63,939 nt of DNA, filler included, from Octopus bimaculoides (GCF_001194135.2; 6 parts of 6 records of this genome joined end to end with filler, not necessarily neighbours in it), one strand, 5' to 3'; positions 50,541 to 63,939 are shown, numbered from the whole stretch's first letter. Program-made: numbers and translations. The notes: generated from the sequence alone by a model not told the origin.

Positions 50541-51979
50541 NNNNNNNNNNNNNNNNNNNNNNNNNNNNNNNNNNNNNNNNNNNNNNNNNNNNNNNNNNNN
50601 NNNNNNNNNNNNNNNNNNNNNNNNNNNNNNNNNNNNNNNNNNNNNNNNNNNNNNNNNNNNNNNNNNNNNNNNNNNNNNNNNNNNNNNNNNNNNNNNNNNN
50701 NNNNNNNNNNNNNNNNNNNNNNNNNNNNNNNNNNNNNNNNNNNNNNNNNNNNNNNNNNNNNNNNNNNNNNNNNNNNNNNNNNNNNNNNNNNNNNNNNNNN
50801 NNNNNNNNNNNNNNNNNNNNNNNNNNNNNNNNNNNNNNNNNNNNNNNNNNNNNNNNNNNNNNNNNNNNNNNNNNNNNNNNNNNNNNNNNNNNNNNNNNNN
50901 NNNNNNNNNNNNNNNNNNNNNNNNNNNNNNNNNNNNNNNNNNNNNNNNNNNNNNNNNNNNNNNNNNNNNNNNNNNNNNNNNNNNNNNNNNNNNNNNNNNN
51001 NNNNNNNNNNNNNNNNNNNNNNNNNNNNNNNNNNNNNNNNNNNNNNNNNNNNNNNNNNNNNNNNNNNNNNNNNNNNNNNNNNNNNNNNNNNNNNNNNNNN
51101 NNNNNNNNNNNNNNNNNNNNNNNNNNNNNNNNNNNNNNNNNNNNNNNNNNNNNNNNNNNNNNNNNNNNNNNNNNNNNNNNNNNNNNNNNNNNNNNNNNNN
51201 NNNNNNNNNNNNNNNNNNNNNNNNNNNNNNNNNNNNNNNNNNNNNNNNNNNNNNNNNNNNNNNNNNNNNNNNNNNNNNNNNNNNNNNNNNNNNNNNNNNN
51301 NNNNNNNNNNNNNNNNNNNNNNNNNNNNNNNNNNNNNNNNNNNNNNNNNNNATTATTATCATTATTATTATTAAACAAGGCGGTGGCGTATTTCGTTCGT
51401 CTTTAGGTTCTGAGGTCGACTTTGCCTTTCAGCCTTTCAATTTGGGAGCATTAAAGAATGTACCAGTTGAACAGTGGGGGGCCGATGTAATCGACTCAGC
51501 CCCTCCAACAAAATTGCTGGCCTTGTGCCAAAACTTGAACCCAGTATTATACAAAACTCATCATATACTAATTTAGTTTGCAAAAATGTTGACGATTGGT
51601 AACACCAAACCTGCTTCAATCACCAGAATGGTTATGCAAATTCTTGTGGATATTTACCCACGAGCCCATGGCAAGGTTTTCATTTTTAATATCTTTGACT
51701 CTCTCTCTCGTAGCATGATTACAACAGGAACAACTGATCACTCTTCTGTTGCACAATGTCTTCATCATTTTGGATAGACTCTGTCTGATATTTCTCCATC
51801 TTCTCAGCTTTCTTCCATTCCACTCTATAAGGGATTTGCTTTTTTTTTTCTTTTTTCCAGGTCAATGTTCTTGAGATGTTTGTTCTATCCTTTACTCAGA
51901 TTTCTTTGTAGCCATCCTATAATTATTACACGAGATGTTATGATTGATTATGCATCAGACGCTCAAAAACGCTCCATCA

Positions 51980-52323
51980 TCTTCTTCTTCTTCTTCTTCT
52001 TCTTCTTCTTCTTCTTCTTCTTCTTCTTCTTCTTCTTCTTCTTCTTCTTCTTCTTCTTCTTCCTTCTCCTCCTCCTTCTTCGTCTTCTTGTTCTTCTTGT
52101 TCTTCTTGTTCTTGTTCTTTTTGTTGTTGTTGTTGTTGTTGTTGCTGTTGTTGTTGTTGTTCTTCTTCTTGTTCTTCTTCTTGTTCTTCTTCTTGTTCTT
52201 CTTCTTCGTCTTCTTCTTCGTCTTCTTCTTCGTCGTCTTCTTCTTCTTCTTCCTCTTCTTCTTCTTCTTCTTCTCCTTCTCCTCCTCCTCCTCCTCCTCC
52301 TTCTTCGTCGTCTTCTTCTTCTT
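51980..52323 (+). repeat. Compound trinucleotide array (TTC/TCC/TTG/TCG)
   Basis: Directly visible; it explains the poly-F/S/L/R/K/E ORFs in the track. Confidence 0.95.
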
Positions 52324-52830
52324 NNNNNNNNNNNNNNNNNNNNNNNNNNNNNNNNNNNNNNNNNNNNNNNNNNNNNNNNNNNNNNNNNNNNNNNNNNNNN
52401 NNNNNNNNNNNNNNNNNNNNNNNNNNNNNNNNNNNNNNNNNNNNNNNNNNNNNNNNNNNNNNNNNNNNNNNNNNNNNNNNNNNNNNNNNNNNNNNNNNNN
52501 NNNNNNNNNNNNNNNNNNNNNNNNNNNNNNNNNNNNNNNNNNNNNNNNNNNNNTATTTTATGATACAAAACAGATGAAAGAAGAACAGCAACATCATTGC
52601 CGATTTGAATTCAAAATTTCAAAGATATTTAGACCCGACTGAATAACGTAAAGTGATTCTTTTCTTCTGCCAGGTCATTGCCCGGGTACTTACCACTAAT
52701 TAGATATCAGGATTGCCATATAAAAAAAAATTAATAGCTATTTATGACAGAAATTAAAGGCTGGCATTATTTACATGTATTCAAATGTATGCATATACAC
52801 ACGCTCGCACAAACGCTTATACACCTTGCT

Positions 52831-52895
<65 letters not shown>

Positions 52896-53399
52896 GCATG
52901 TATGTATGTATGTATATGTATGTGTGTGCGTGTGTAAACATACATGCGTACGTAATATATACATGCATATACACATGCACAGATAGATGGATGTATATCT
53001 ATTTGTAAATATATAAATCTACCTTTCGTTTGTTCTCTCTGTGAATATATATGTGTGTATGGGAAATTTGTGTGTGTGTGTGTGTGTTCAAATTTTATGT
53101 ATAAGTGTGTGTGTAGTGCTTTTGTTATATACATATATATATATGTAACTAAATGGTAAGATACATTGGCACTAATTATGGTATAGGTGAAAACATAATC
53201 TATTATCGCCCAGAAATAATTGAGATGAATAACGTTGTAGAGAGAGTAATTATCTCCAAAAGATAAAAACCAAATTTAGGGACATTTATTGATTGTTGAC
53301 AACACGCAGACTTGAGGCACCGATAGACTAGTCATTTTCATCTCTATAAGCCCCTTGAAATACATTCCTACAAAACCATTTCTCGTTCGCTCACAAAAT

Positions 53400-53960
53400 T
53401 TACACTACATGAACTAGTTTTTCCTCCTTCCACGCATCCTTAATCAGTAGGGACACTCCACTTATCCCTGAACACCTTCTCATCTCTAATAGACCAATGC
53501 CTACAAGTGCACAGTTGTCTTTGCATCTGTTTGGTGGTCCGGACACAAGATTGTCGCGAAAAGTCACCCAACAAATGCATAATACACAACGTATCATCAT
53601 CTCCCGGACTTTGATGTCACTTCAGCTCGATTCCCTGGTCTGAGCTCTATACTTTCTATGGCATCTATCTCTGGTGATAGATGTACATCAGACTTCCATC
53701 ATAAGAAATAGCTACATGAGTAACTGTTGCCATCTTCTTAGGCATCTTCCTAAACTAAAGGAAAGCTTTCAATCTAAATCTCCCACGTGCTTCACTCAGA
53801 GCTGTGCTGCAAGAAATATAGACTTTAAAGCTTGGAAATGTATCACTTCACCTTTTCCAAGCTCTTCCCCAGCAACACAACTCCTGCAAGACTGCTATTC
53901 AATCCACAAAGGATTCTCTTGCAACTTCAAACAGCAGTTGATCTTTTGCATATTTTCTCC
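53400..53960 (-). mobile_element. Possible decayed L1/Tx1-like LINE fragment (start of endonuclease)
   Basis: GVSLLIKDAWKEEKLVHV resembles the GVSLLVKR..LVHV segment of L1/Tx1-type APE domains; the remainder is heavily disrupted. Confidence 0.4.
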
Positions 53961-53964
53961 TACA

Positions 53965-54140
53965 GCCTAGATCTAAAAAGAGTGAAATGAGTTCGCGAGA
54001 ATGGAGAGAAGAGCAGATATCAACTCGGGTTTTGCAGTTGCTTTCGGACAATTCATGCGGCACCCATTTTTCAAGCACCCATAAAGCATTATGTGCCTCA
54101 AATGCTCTTTGGATACTTCCGTGTTAAAAATGGTTTTAAT
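53965..54140 (-). mobile_element. Mariner transposase fragment
   Basis: KWVPHELSESNCKTRVDICSSLHSRELISLFLD. Confidence 0.85.
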
Positions 54141-54361
54141 CAAAGAAATTTTAATTCTATTATTCTGTAAATTGTAGGGAGACAAGTAATTGGTCTGTAA
54201 TTAGTATAAATGTACACAAATGCATAAAAATAATTTTGAATTCCATTAGACATTCTAAAATACTATTAAATTTCAATGAATTTTAAAAAAGGTAAAATAG
54301 AACAGAACTTATGGGATGACCTGATATATATTTATAATCTCCCCCCCTCTCTCTCTCTTTT

Positions 54362-54396
<35 letters not shown>

Positions 54397-55135
54397 CAGT
54401 TCACTTTTTATTTTATAAAAGTGCCTACGTTTATATGTCATTTCATATAAAAAAGAATTTAAGCGACAGACTGCAAGTTGATGGTAACCGAAGTAAATCG
54501 AAAAAAATATATATACGCAGTCGATTTTATTTTTTTAATATTTTTTTCAATGAATGTACATTTAAAAGAATTTTATGATTTGCTAAAATACAAGTGCGAG
54601 TGTGGGAGAGAAACAGCAAATTTCCAATAAAAGTCTCGCACAATACGAATGAAAAATAAGTACTTGAAACAAAAGAAATAAATTGAGAGATTTATGCATA
54701 CATAGATACACACACACATACTTGCATACATACATACGTACATACACACATACACACATACACACACACAAACATACACGTACATACATACATAGAATGT
54801 ATGTATGCATGTATATTCGACAGACTTACACACTGTTTCCGTTTACCAGGTTCACTCACAAATTGTTGGCTGGTCTGAAGCCATAGCAGTAGTTTCTTGC
54901 CCAAGTACCATGCAACGGAACTGAATGCCAAAACACGTGGATGCAAAGCGACTTTCTTAACTGCATAGCTATGCCTACGCGTAATCTTTATTTCGGGTGC
55001 ATTTGCAGTATAGTCACTGATGCTAGCCACGATAATGAGTTTAAATATTCTCATGAGTTTAATTTGAAATGGAGTGACCTCACCTGGCATAACTTATTCT
55101 GAATCTTTTCCCGTAAGGTAAGCAATAAAAAAAAC

Positions 55136-55199
<64 letters not shown>

Positions 55200-55484
55200 N
55201 NNNNNNNNNNNNNNNNNNNNNNNNNNNNNNNNNNNNNNNNNNNNNNNNNNNNNNNNNNNNNNNNNNNNNNNNNNNNNNNNNNNNNNNNNNNNNNNNNNNN
55301 NNNNNNNNNNNNNNNNNNNNNNNNNNNNNNNNNTTAGATATTCCATTTATAGTGTTTAAGATTAAGGAACAGCGCATTTGTTGCTTTGATCTATTTTCTT
55401 CTCATTGGAACCCACCATTTACCAAATTATGACCACTTTTGCTGTGATGCAGCGAACATAATCATACTCGTTTATGTTTCGTAG

Positions 55485-55519
55485 ATGACGATGATGATGA
55501 TGACGATGATGATGACGAC

Positions 55520-55551
<32 letters not shown>

Positions 55552-55830
55552 CGATGATGATGATAGCAAGTCTTCGTGTTCGAAGATCAAGAGGACGAGT
55601 GGCCAAGCCCACCTGTGGAGTTGAGGCTGCGATTGCCAGTAATCGACCAGTGCCTGTCATTTTCGTCCTTTCTCCACTGCTGCAAGAATTTTCTTCCAGC
55701 CTGCACCTTAGTAGTCTTAAAGTGACAGTTGGTCTACGCAATCCGCTCTCACTCTGTAACAACCCTTTAGCATTAAATTCGGCCACATCAGGGCCAAATA
55801 TTTTATCTGCTTTATCTTCATACTGGCCAG
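55485..55830 (-). mobile_element. RTE-BovB-like 3' end with terminal hairpin and (ATC)n tail
   Basis: Hairpin TCTTCG-AACA-CGAAGA (55571-55586), then GACTTGCT and the (ATC)n tail, seen as (GAT)n at 55485-55564 on the + strand. A single degenerate terminal zinc-finger remnant lies upstream. Confidence 0.8.
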
Positions 55831-56059
55831 ATCCAGCCTCTCATTCTTCCTCTACAACGTTATTCCAAAAGTAAATCGACATTTCAAAGCTATGAGATAA
55901 TATGTAATTAATTCCAAACAATGTGAATAAATAAGCATTACATTTCACTGAGTCATCTGAATGCTAAAGGGTTTAACCGGAAGCATAGAGTTAGGGAGCT
56001 AGCTTCTTACCACAGCCCCACATGCGCCTCATACATACATACATGCATATATCATTTCA

Positions 56060-56575
56060 TTGAATTTTGCACGACTATTTTCACGCAGGTGGCTCTTCAG
56101 CAAAGACGATCACCAATGTAACACTTGACCTGTTTCTTGGAATCTCCTACCGAGTTGTGGCCTCATTTTACAATTCCTGTTCAGGCCACCAACTGACTTC
56201 GCACCCATCACAAATATGCTGCGGATTAGGCAGTAACAGAACCATCTCCCAATCTGTTTAATTCCTCTCTGGTTCGTGTGAGTTTAGGTAGTTGACCAAT
56301 CCAGCTCTTGAGAGGAGAAATTGTCCATACAAACTGCGCTTCAATTCCAGCAGGACATCTGCAGGAACTTTAGTTGTGTCATGTATACGGAATCAATACT
56401 TCAGAGTAAAGTGCTCCACTCCTTTCACACATAGACATCACATCTGTTCTTGACAATCTTTCTCCAGGATACAAGATTTTCAGCCAATGCCTTCCATTTG
56501 TCCATGTTTATTTCAAAAGCTTTAAGATCACCGTTTATAACATCCTCAAATCGCTTCCTTCGTTTAAGCATTATT
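56060..56575 (-). mobile_element. Decayed RTE 3' fragment with multiple zinc-finger remnants
   Basis: KRFEDVINGDLKAFEINMDKWKALAEN..WRKIV; then GQFLLSRAGLVNYLNSH, KSVGGLNR and LLKSHLRE across frameshifts. Confidence 0.75.
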
Positions 56576-56615
56576 TTCCCCCTTTCGTCAGCTCCCCATA
56601 AAAAAAGTACATATA

Positions 56616-56836
56616 TACGAGGGTGGTTGTTGAAAAGTTCCTGCTTTGGGTAAAAAACATACAGGAGGATCAGTTAATTATGATTTTAGCCAACATATTC
56701 CCCTCTCAGATTTACATACTTATTATAGAGCTCCTTTAGTTTTCCTAGGCCCTGTAAAAGAACTGGGAAGGTTGGGCCACCAGCCAGACCTTTCGCGATA
56801 CTCTTAAAGCCAGGAACTTTTCAGCACCTTCTCGTA
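56616..56836. mobile_element. Mariner-derived MITE with TA ends
   Basis: Left TA-CGAGGGTGGTTGTTGAAAAGTTCCTGCTTT; right end reverse-complements to TA-CGAGAAGGTGCTGAAAAGTTCCTGGCTTT. Confidence 0.85.
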
Positions 56837-57694
56837 CATACAATTCTCCGGGAGAATCAGTGATACAGTATATACATCATTCATACCATCGCACATAATC
56901 TAAATCAAATTAAAAAGAGAGATAGTACAAGATGGTGATTTAACACAGTTTCGTCTGGGGCATTATCAACAAAATTACTTTTATCAGCCTACATGTGTTT
57001 GATAGCGTGGTGGTAGTGGGTATAGAATCACAAGTAATGGGAAGAGGATAATGGAGAAACAAGTGACCATCACTGAAATTCACTAAACCACGAAATAAAA
57101 CAGATCAACATAAATAGTGATTAAAAATGAAAATAGAATATGAAAACGAAATTATATGATAATCATATAATATATTAAAAAATAAAATGAATCTGGAATT
57201 ATATGAAAATTATATAAATACGCATAGATTATAAATTACAAGACAATAATAAACTTTAGGAATATAATAACATGAAACTAATTGGAAATTGCGTACTGGT
57301 AGTTTTATTATTTGGATCATTTTATTTAATTCATTTATTGATCTTGTTTTATTATATTTTTACTCTTTATTTCTTTATTTTTATCAACTTTTATATTCTG
57401 CACTGTATCGTTTTGTCTTCACAGAGCACAAAAATAACCCCTAACCTCTTTCCCAATTTGTTCTCTCATATTTTTGAGTGAACTGCCAGAATCATTACAG
57501 AGGCGGGCAAAATAACCCGAAGTATTATTTGTGAATATTTAAGCCCAGCTATCAAAGACATCTGAGGTCATCTTTGCCTTTCATTAAATCGTGATCGATA
57601 AAGTAAAGTGCAATGCAAGAACTGATGTCAATATGATCGTCTAACCCTTCTCCTTAAAATTAGAGGTCTTGGGCATTATGCAGAAGTCATATCA

Positions 57695-57774
<80 letters not shown>

Positions 57775-58291
57775 TCTTATATTATGTATATAAAACTGAC
57801 CTTGTGAAAACATACACATGCATTTTCAGAAAAAACTATTATACGAAAACGTTTGTTATGTGAAAATATATTTTGCATTTTATATTCTATATGTACATTA
57901 TAGATAAATGGAAAACACTATTTACCCTAATGTTAAAAAATAAAACTCAATTTATTTAAAGAAAAATATGCATGTATAAGAAGGCGTTAAATTTTTATAC
58001 ATACATATATATTAATATTTGTTTAAATATACATATTCATATTCATATATACATATACATGCATATATGCATGCATGATGGTTGCCAACTCGACTTCGAG
58101 TAGAACCATTGCCTGATTTCTTTCTATCAGCTGGTACTTATTTAATCGAGTCCAAAAGGATGAAAGGCAAAGTCAACGTCGGAATTTGGACTCAGAACGT
58201 AAAGACAGGCGAAATACTGTTAAGCATTTCGTTCACTGTGCTAACGTTTCTGCCAGCTCACCGCCTTGATAATGATGATGATGATGATGAC

Positions 58292-58325
<34 letters not shown>

Positions 58326-59941
58326 CTGCTGATGATGGTGATGCACAATTACCTACGTGTAACCAGGGAATCTCAAGTCACTGATTTAATGAATTTAGGT
58401 GCTCCTTCAGTGTGACGGACATTGACATCTTTCTTGCTAGCAGACCATAACAGACCTTATGCATTTACATTGGGGAATGTTTTGGGGTAAAAAAAAAAGT
58501 AAAAAAAACTGACCAACACAAGATAATTGTTTTTTTCTTCATTTTTGTCTTTGGCAACGGCAGGCTCTTTACTAAGCACCAATTGTGCATCTCGCTCTTT
58601 CTTTTCATGCTCACTGCAATATTCTCGCCTACATTAGGTGGACACCCTGGCAATATTTCTATATTATTTTTATGACATACTATTAATATTTGGAACACAA
58701 TCGGATCTTGGGTTTTGCACTAACATCTTAACTTCTTAGACTTAAGCTCCTTAAACTTTCGAATCGGATCTCTTGCTTAAAGGAAAATAGCTTGTCGGTG
58801 ACTGGGTATACATACATACATAAATACATACTTGCATGCATACATACATACATACATGCATGCATACATACATACATACATACATATATACATATATACA
58901 TATGTATGCCCACATACACATAACGGACTGGCTTTGGTGCATCTGCTAAATTTGAAAATGGTTAAAGACATACGCGTAAGGCATTACGCAGAGGGTTCGA
59001 ACCGAAATCATACGGTTGCCAAGCAAGACTCTTAGCTTTTGAGTTGTGTATATCTACAAATATGCACATATAATAACACCANNNNNNNNNNNNNNNNNNN
59101 NNNNNNNNNNNNNNNNNNNNNNNNNNNNNNNNNNNNNNNNNNNNNNNNNNNNNNNNNNNNNNNNNNNNNNNNNNNNNNNNNNNNNNNNNNNNNNNNNNNN
59201 NNNNNNNNNNNNNNNNNNNNNNNNNNNNNNNNNNNNNNNNNNNNNNNNNNNNNNNNNNNNNNNNNNNNNNNNNNNNNNNNNNNNNNNNNNNNNNNNNNNN
59301 NNNNNNNNNNNGGCTAAAGAATTATGAAAAGGGTGAAAAAAAACTCCAGAAAACAACAACCATATGTATAACAGTTCAAAATATATTATAAGAGAAACGA
59401 AGTTGAAACCAAAAACACATGGCTGCCTTTTGCGACATAAAAATCTGAATAACAATTGTTTGCTGAAGATGGTAAGGTCAAACGAAAAGCAGGGAACATT
59501 TTAGCTACTTATCTCTATACATACATATCTATTGTGTTACAGTCCTTCTTTTGTTTTATTTCGCGTTTCACACAGGCACCCATATACAGATACTTCACAT
59601 TTACAGACGCAACGGCATGTGTATAGCACCCATGTTATTCCGTCAGCCTTGTCTTAGATATTTCTTGCATTGTTATGTTATATGCACTTTCCAACCTATC
59701 TAGCTGTCACCATACGTACCTTCCTACCTATAAACATGATACATATTTACACACAGAAATACAATGTTATATATACTAACATAGGGCTTGTATTACAAAA
59801 ACCCTGGTTTATGCTTCCACAGCTATACATACATAATATAAACTTATGCATATTACACATTTAATTATATCACACATACGTACATACATACATACATAGT
59901 GCATGCATGCATACATACATATTCACACAGGCATAACATAC

Positions 59942-59980
<39 letters not shown>

Positions 59981-60120
59981 NNNNNNNNNNNNNNNNNNNN
60001 NNNNNNNNNNNNNNNNNNNNNNNNTTAATTAATTAANNNNNNNNNNNNNNNNNNNNNNNNNNNNNNNNNNNNNNNNNNNNAAATCTGGTCGGTGGCTTTC
60101 AACAGGTTGTCCCGCAGAAA

Positions 60121-62003
60121 TCTCCAAAAAAACTAAATATATATATAAATAAATATATGTAAATAAAAAATAGATAAATATATATGAATCAAAAAATGAT
60201 TATACATATATAAATAAATAAAAAAAATAAATATGTATGTAAATAAATATAAATTTTAAAAAATAGTAAATATATATATAATAAAAAAAGAAAAAAATAT
60301 ATATATAAATAAATAATATATAAATATATATATGTATAAATAAATAAATATATAAATAAATTAATATATATATATATATAAATAAATATATAAATAATTA
60401 AATAAATATATATATAAATAAATATATATATATATATAAATAAATAAATATATATATATATCAATAAATAAATAAAAATATTTATGTAAATACATAAATA
60501 TATGTATAAAAATAAGTAAATATATATATATAAATAAAGAAATACATATATAAATATATGAATAAATATAAATAAATACATATAAATAAATATATAAATT
60601 AAAAAATAAATATATATCACTAAATTAATGTATATATAAATAAAAAAATGTAAATAAATAAATATATATATCAATACATAAATACATATATATATAAAGA
60701 AATATATATAAATAAATACATATATATATATATATCAATGAATAAATAAATATATACATATATAAATAAGTAAATATATATATAAATAAATAAATATATA
60801 TAGATAAATAAATATATATATATAAATAAATAAATATATAAATAAATATACAAATAAAAAACAAACAGATATATATATTAAAAAAAATATATATATAAAT
60901 AAAATAAAGCATAGATATATATATATTTAAATAAATATATAAATAAAAAAATTAAATAAATATGAAAAATAAATATATAGATAAATGAATATATATATGA
61001 ATAAATAAATAAACATATTTATATAAATAAATATATATAAAGAAATTAATATAAATAGATATATAAATAAATAATATATATATATAATTAAATATATATA
61101 TATCAATAAATAAATAAATATATGAATTTTAAAAAAAATATATACAAATATGTAAATAAATACATATATAAATAAATCTATAAATAAATATATAATTAAA
61201 TATATATATATTAATAAAAAAATGAATGAATATATATATATAAATAAAAAAATAAATAAATATATAAATAAATACATATATGTATAAATAAAACAATATA
61301 CATATAAATAAATGAATGAATGAAAACAATAAATAAATACATATAACTAAATAAATATATGAATAAATAAATATATATATAAATAAACAAATATATATAT
61401 ATCAGTAAATAAATAAATATATTTATATAAATAAATAAATATATATATAAAAATAAATAAATATATATAAATAAATAAATAAATACGTATATAAATAAAT
61501 ATATATCAATTAATAAATAAATATAAATATATATATATGAATAAATAAATAAATAAATTTATATAAATAAATATATATATAAAAATAAATAAATATATAT
61601 ATATAGAAATAAATAAATATATACATATATAAATAAATATATATCAATTAATAAATAAATATAAATATATATATATATGAATAAATAAATATGTAACTAA
61701 ATAAATATATAAATAAATAAATATATATTAATAAATACATATATATATAAATAAATAAATATAAATAAATAAATATATATATAAATAAATATATATATAT
61801 AAATAAATATACATATATATAATTAAATATATATATATCAATAAATAAATATATAAATAAATAAATATATATATATCAATAAATATATGTATATATATAA
61901 ATAAATAAATATGTATATAAATAAATATATATATAAATAAACAAATATATATATAAATAAATAAATATATAAAGAAAGAATAAATAAATATATATATAAA
62001 TAA

Positions 62004-62066
<63 letters not shown>

Positions 62067-62476
62067 TATATGTAAATAAATACATATATGTATTAATAAA
62101 TAAATACATATATATTTATAAACAAATAAAAAATATAAATATAAATAGACAAATATATATGTAAATAAATAAGTATAGATAAATAAATATAAATAAATAT
62201 ATATCAAGAAATAAATATATAAATAAATAAATATACATATATGAATAAATAAATAAATATAAACCTATATATATAAATAAATATAAATAAATATATAAAT
62301 AAATAAATACATATATGATTAAAAAATAAATAAATATATATAAGTAAATAAATACATATATAATTAAAAAATAAATTAATATATATAAGTAAATAAATAC
62401 ATATATAAATAAATATATATATAAATAAATCAATATATATAGATAAATAAATATTTAATTAAATAAATATACAAAT
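60121..62476. repeat. ~2.3-kb degenerate AT-only low-complexity tract of interleaved (TAAA)n and (TA)n
   Basis: Directly visible; G and C are very rare and the + strand is strongly A-biased. Confidence 0.95.
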
Positions 62477-62626
62477 ATAGGAGTGGCTGTGTGGCAAGTA
62501 GCTTGCTTACCAACCACATGGTTCTGNNNNNNNNNNNNNNNNNNNNNNNNNNNNNNNNNNNNNNNNNNNNTTAATTAATTAANNNNNNNNNNNNNNNNNN
62601 NNNNNNNNNNNNNNNNNNNNNNNNNN

Positions 62627-62661
<35 letters not shown>

Positions 62662-62699
62662 TATATATATATATACATATATATATGTATATATATATA

Positions 62700-63870
62700 T
62701 ATAAAAGAATAAGATAAAGAGACCAATGCAAAGGTAGAATTATATTTTATGTATAAAGTCTTAGACCTGTTTCAGGGAAAATTCAATGTCTCCCTTCATC
62801 GGAGACGGTAATAGTAGAAGAATGGATTCTTACATCTATAAGAGGAGATTTCTAGTAAGAAGTGAGAGCGATGCGTAGAAGAAAGAACAAGGAAGAAAAA
62901 GTACTCGGAGCATAGTTCCATTCCAACAGTAAACATCCATGTGAAGAATCCGTGTGGGTATTTTCCGGAGATAATTGTAGCTGCAAAGGTGGATACATAT
63001 TATATCGTATCCAGTATAGTCTGTGCGTTGTTTACTCAAAGTATAGTCCGAATCGAGTGAAAGATGTGTGTAGGATTAAGAGGTCAAGCCTTAAGACAGG
63101 AAGGAAGGGAGGAGGGAGTAATTTAAGGGAGAAATGGAAATACTGTTGCTAGTAGTAGGCGATCGTGAGGTCAGGTATACTGACAGGAAGGAAGGAAGAA
63201 GGAGAGAGAGCAAAGGTAAGAAGATGGGGTGGAGGTATAAGTTTAGTAAAGAAATGGATAGGTAGAGAAAAGGAGTGTGGAGAGGTAATGTGGAGAAGTA
63301 TTTATCATTGTGTACAGTGTCAGGATAGGAAGGAACCTGTAGGCGGTGATGTTGTTGGTGGCATCCGGAGAACAGTATTAAAGGAAGGATGCAAAATAAG
63401 AGAGCATAGTTAGTAGTGATAATATTCTATAAATAGAGTTAAAACCTATTTTTAAGATGGTAGAAGGGGGACCTATTTGCTAACTCAAGTTGGTTGGGGT
63501 TACCTATGGGGAGTTGTAGGAGTACGTTTTGTGGTCAATTGTGCATTTGTGTCTATGATAGAATTTGAATGTATGGAAGAAATGGTAATTACAGGTGCTA
63601 AGTACTTCGTTATATCGATTAAGTAGTGTGGGAGAATTGTATTTTAAAATATGGAACGCCTCCTTCAAGCAAAGCTTGCAATTAGAGCGCTGGCCTTGGT
63701 ATGGAATTCCAGAGTCCAGAAGGGACCATGTTAAAGTATACTGGGTATTTGTGTTTTTGAGGTCGTGAATGTGGTTGGCTAGTGTTGTAGATTTACTGTT
63801 TGTCATATCTAAAAGAGTGCAAATGGGCTGCGTAGCGTTGTTTGAAGTTTTTAGTTGCACCTATGTATGC
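62700..63870 (-). mobile_element. 5'-truncated Penelope-like element: GIY-YIG endonuclease C-terminus, long 3' region and hammerhead-like end
   Basis: ORF 63504-63860(-): TTLANHIHDLKNTNTQYTLTWSLL...YQGQRSNCKLCLKEAFHILKY..TLLNRYNEVLSTC matches the C-terminal part of Penelope GIY-YIG endonucleases. CCGATGA-stem-GAAA motif at 62758-62806. Confidence 0.85.
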
Positions 63871-63939
63871 AGCTGTAGAGTTATGTAATAGATTTCTTAC
63901 AGTGCATTTATATATTACGTTATATCTTATATATATATA

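Noticed and set aside
59463-59490. CTGAAGA...GAAA hammerhead-like core
   Set aside because: No pairing stem II and no NUH cleavage triplet in register; at best a very decayed relic.

Overview
AT-rich, gap-ridden animal genomic DNA. It is made almost entirely of microsatellites and decayed transposable elements, and I can support no intact protein-coding gene. The repeat families (tRNA-derived CORE-like and Nin-domain SINEs, RTE, CR1-like, Penelope-like and R4/Dong LINEs, mariner, DD37D, Helitron-like ends) suggest a coleoid cephalopod such as Octopus; this is inferred from pattern recognition, not a search. Five N44-TTAATTAATTAA-N44 spacers are artificial scaffold joins, so adjacency across them is unproven. 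Most ORFs in the supplied track are translations of microsatellites or N-gaps. The most interesting observations: (1) two divergently oriented 5S rRNA copies inside a tandemly duplicated unit at 12.1-15.2 kb, which differ at 19/120 positions including two compensatory base-pair changes; (2) an RTE LINE whose ORF ends in three C2H2-spaced zinc fingers, echoed by a second decayed copy; (3) hammerhead-ribozyme-like motifs at Penelope-like ends; (4) a ~290-bp-arm inverted repeat; (5) a perfect 75-bp duplication next to diverged SINE copies; (6) a SINE whose 3' tail matches a CR1-like LINE in the same window. I found no convincing new multi-gene system.
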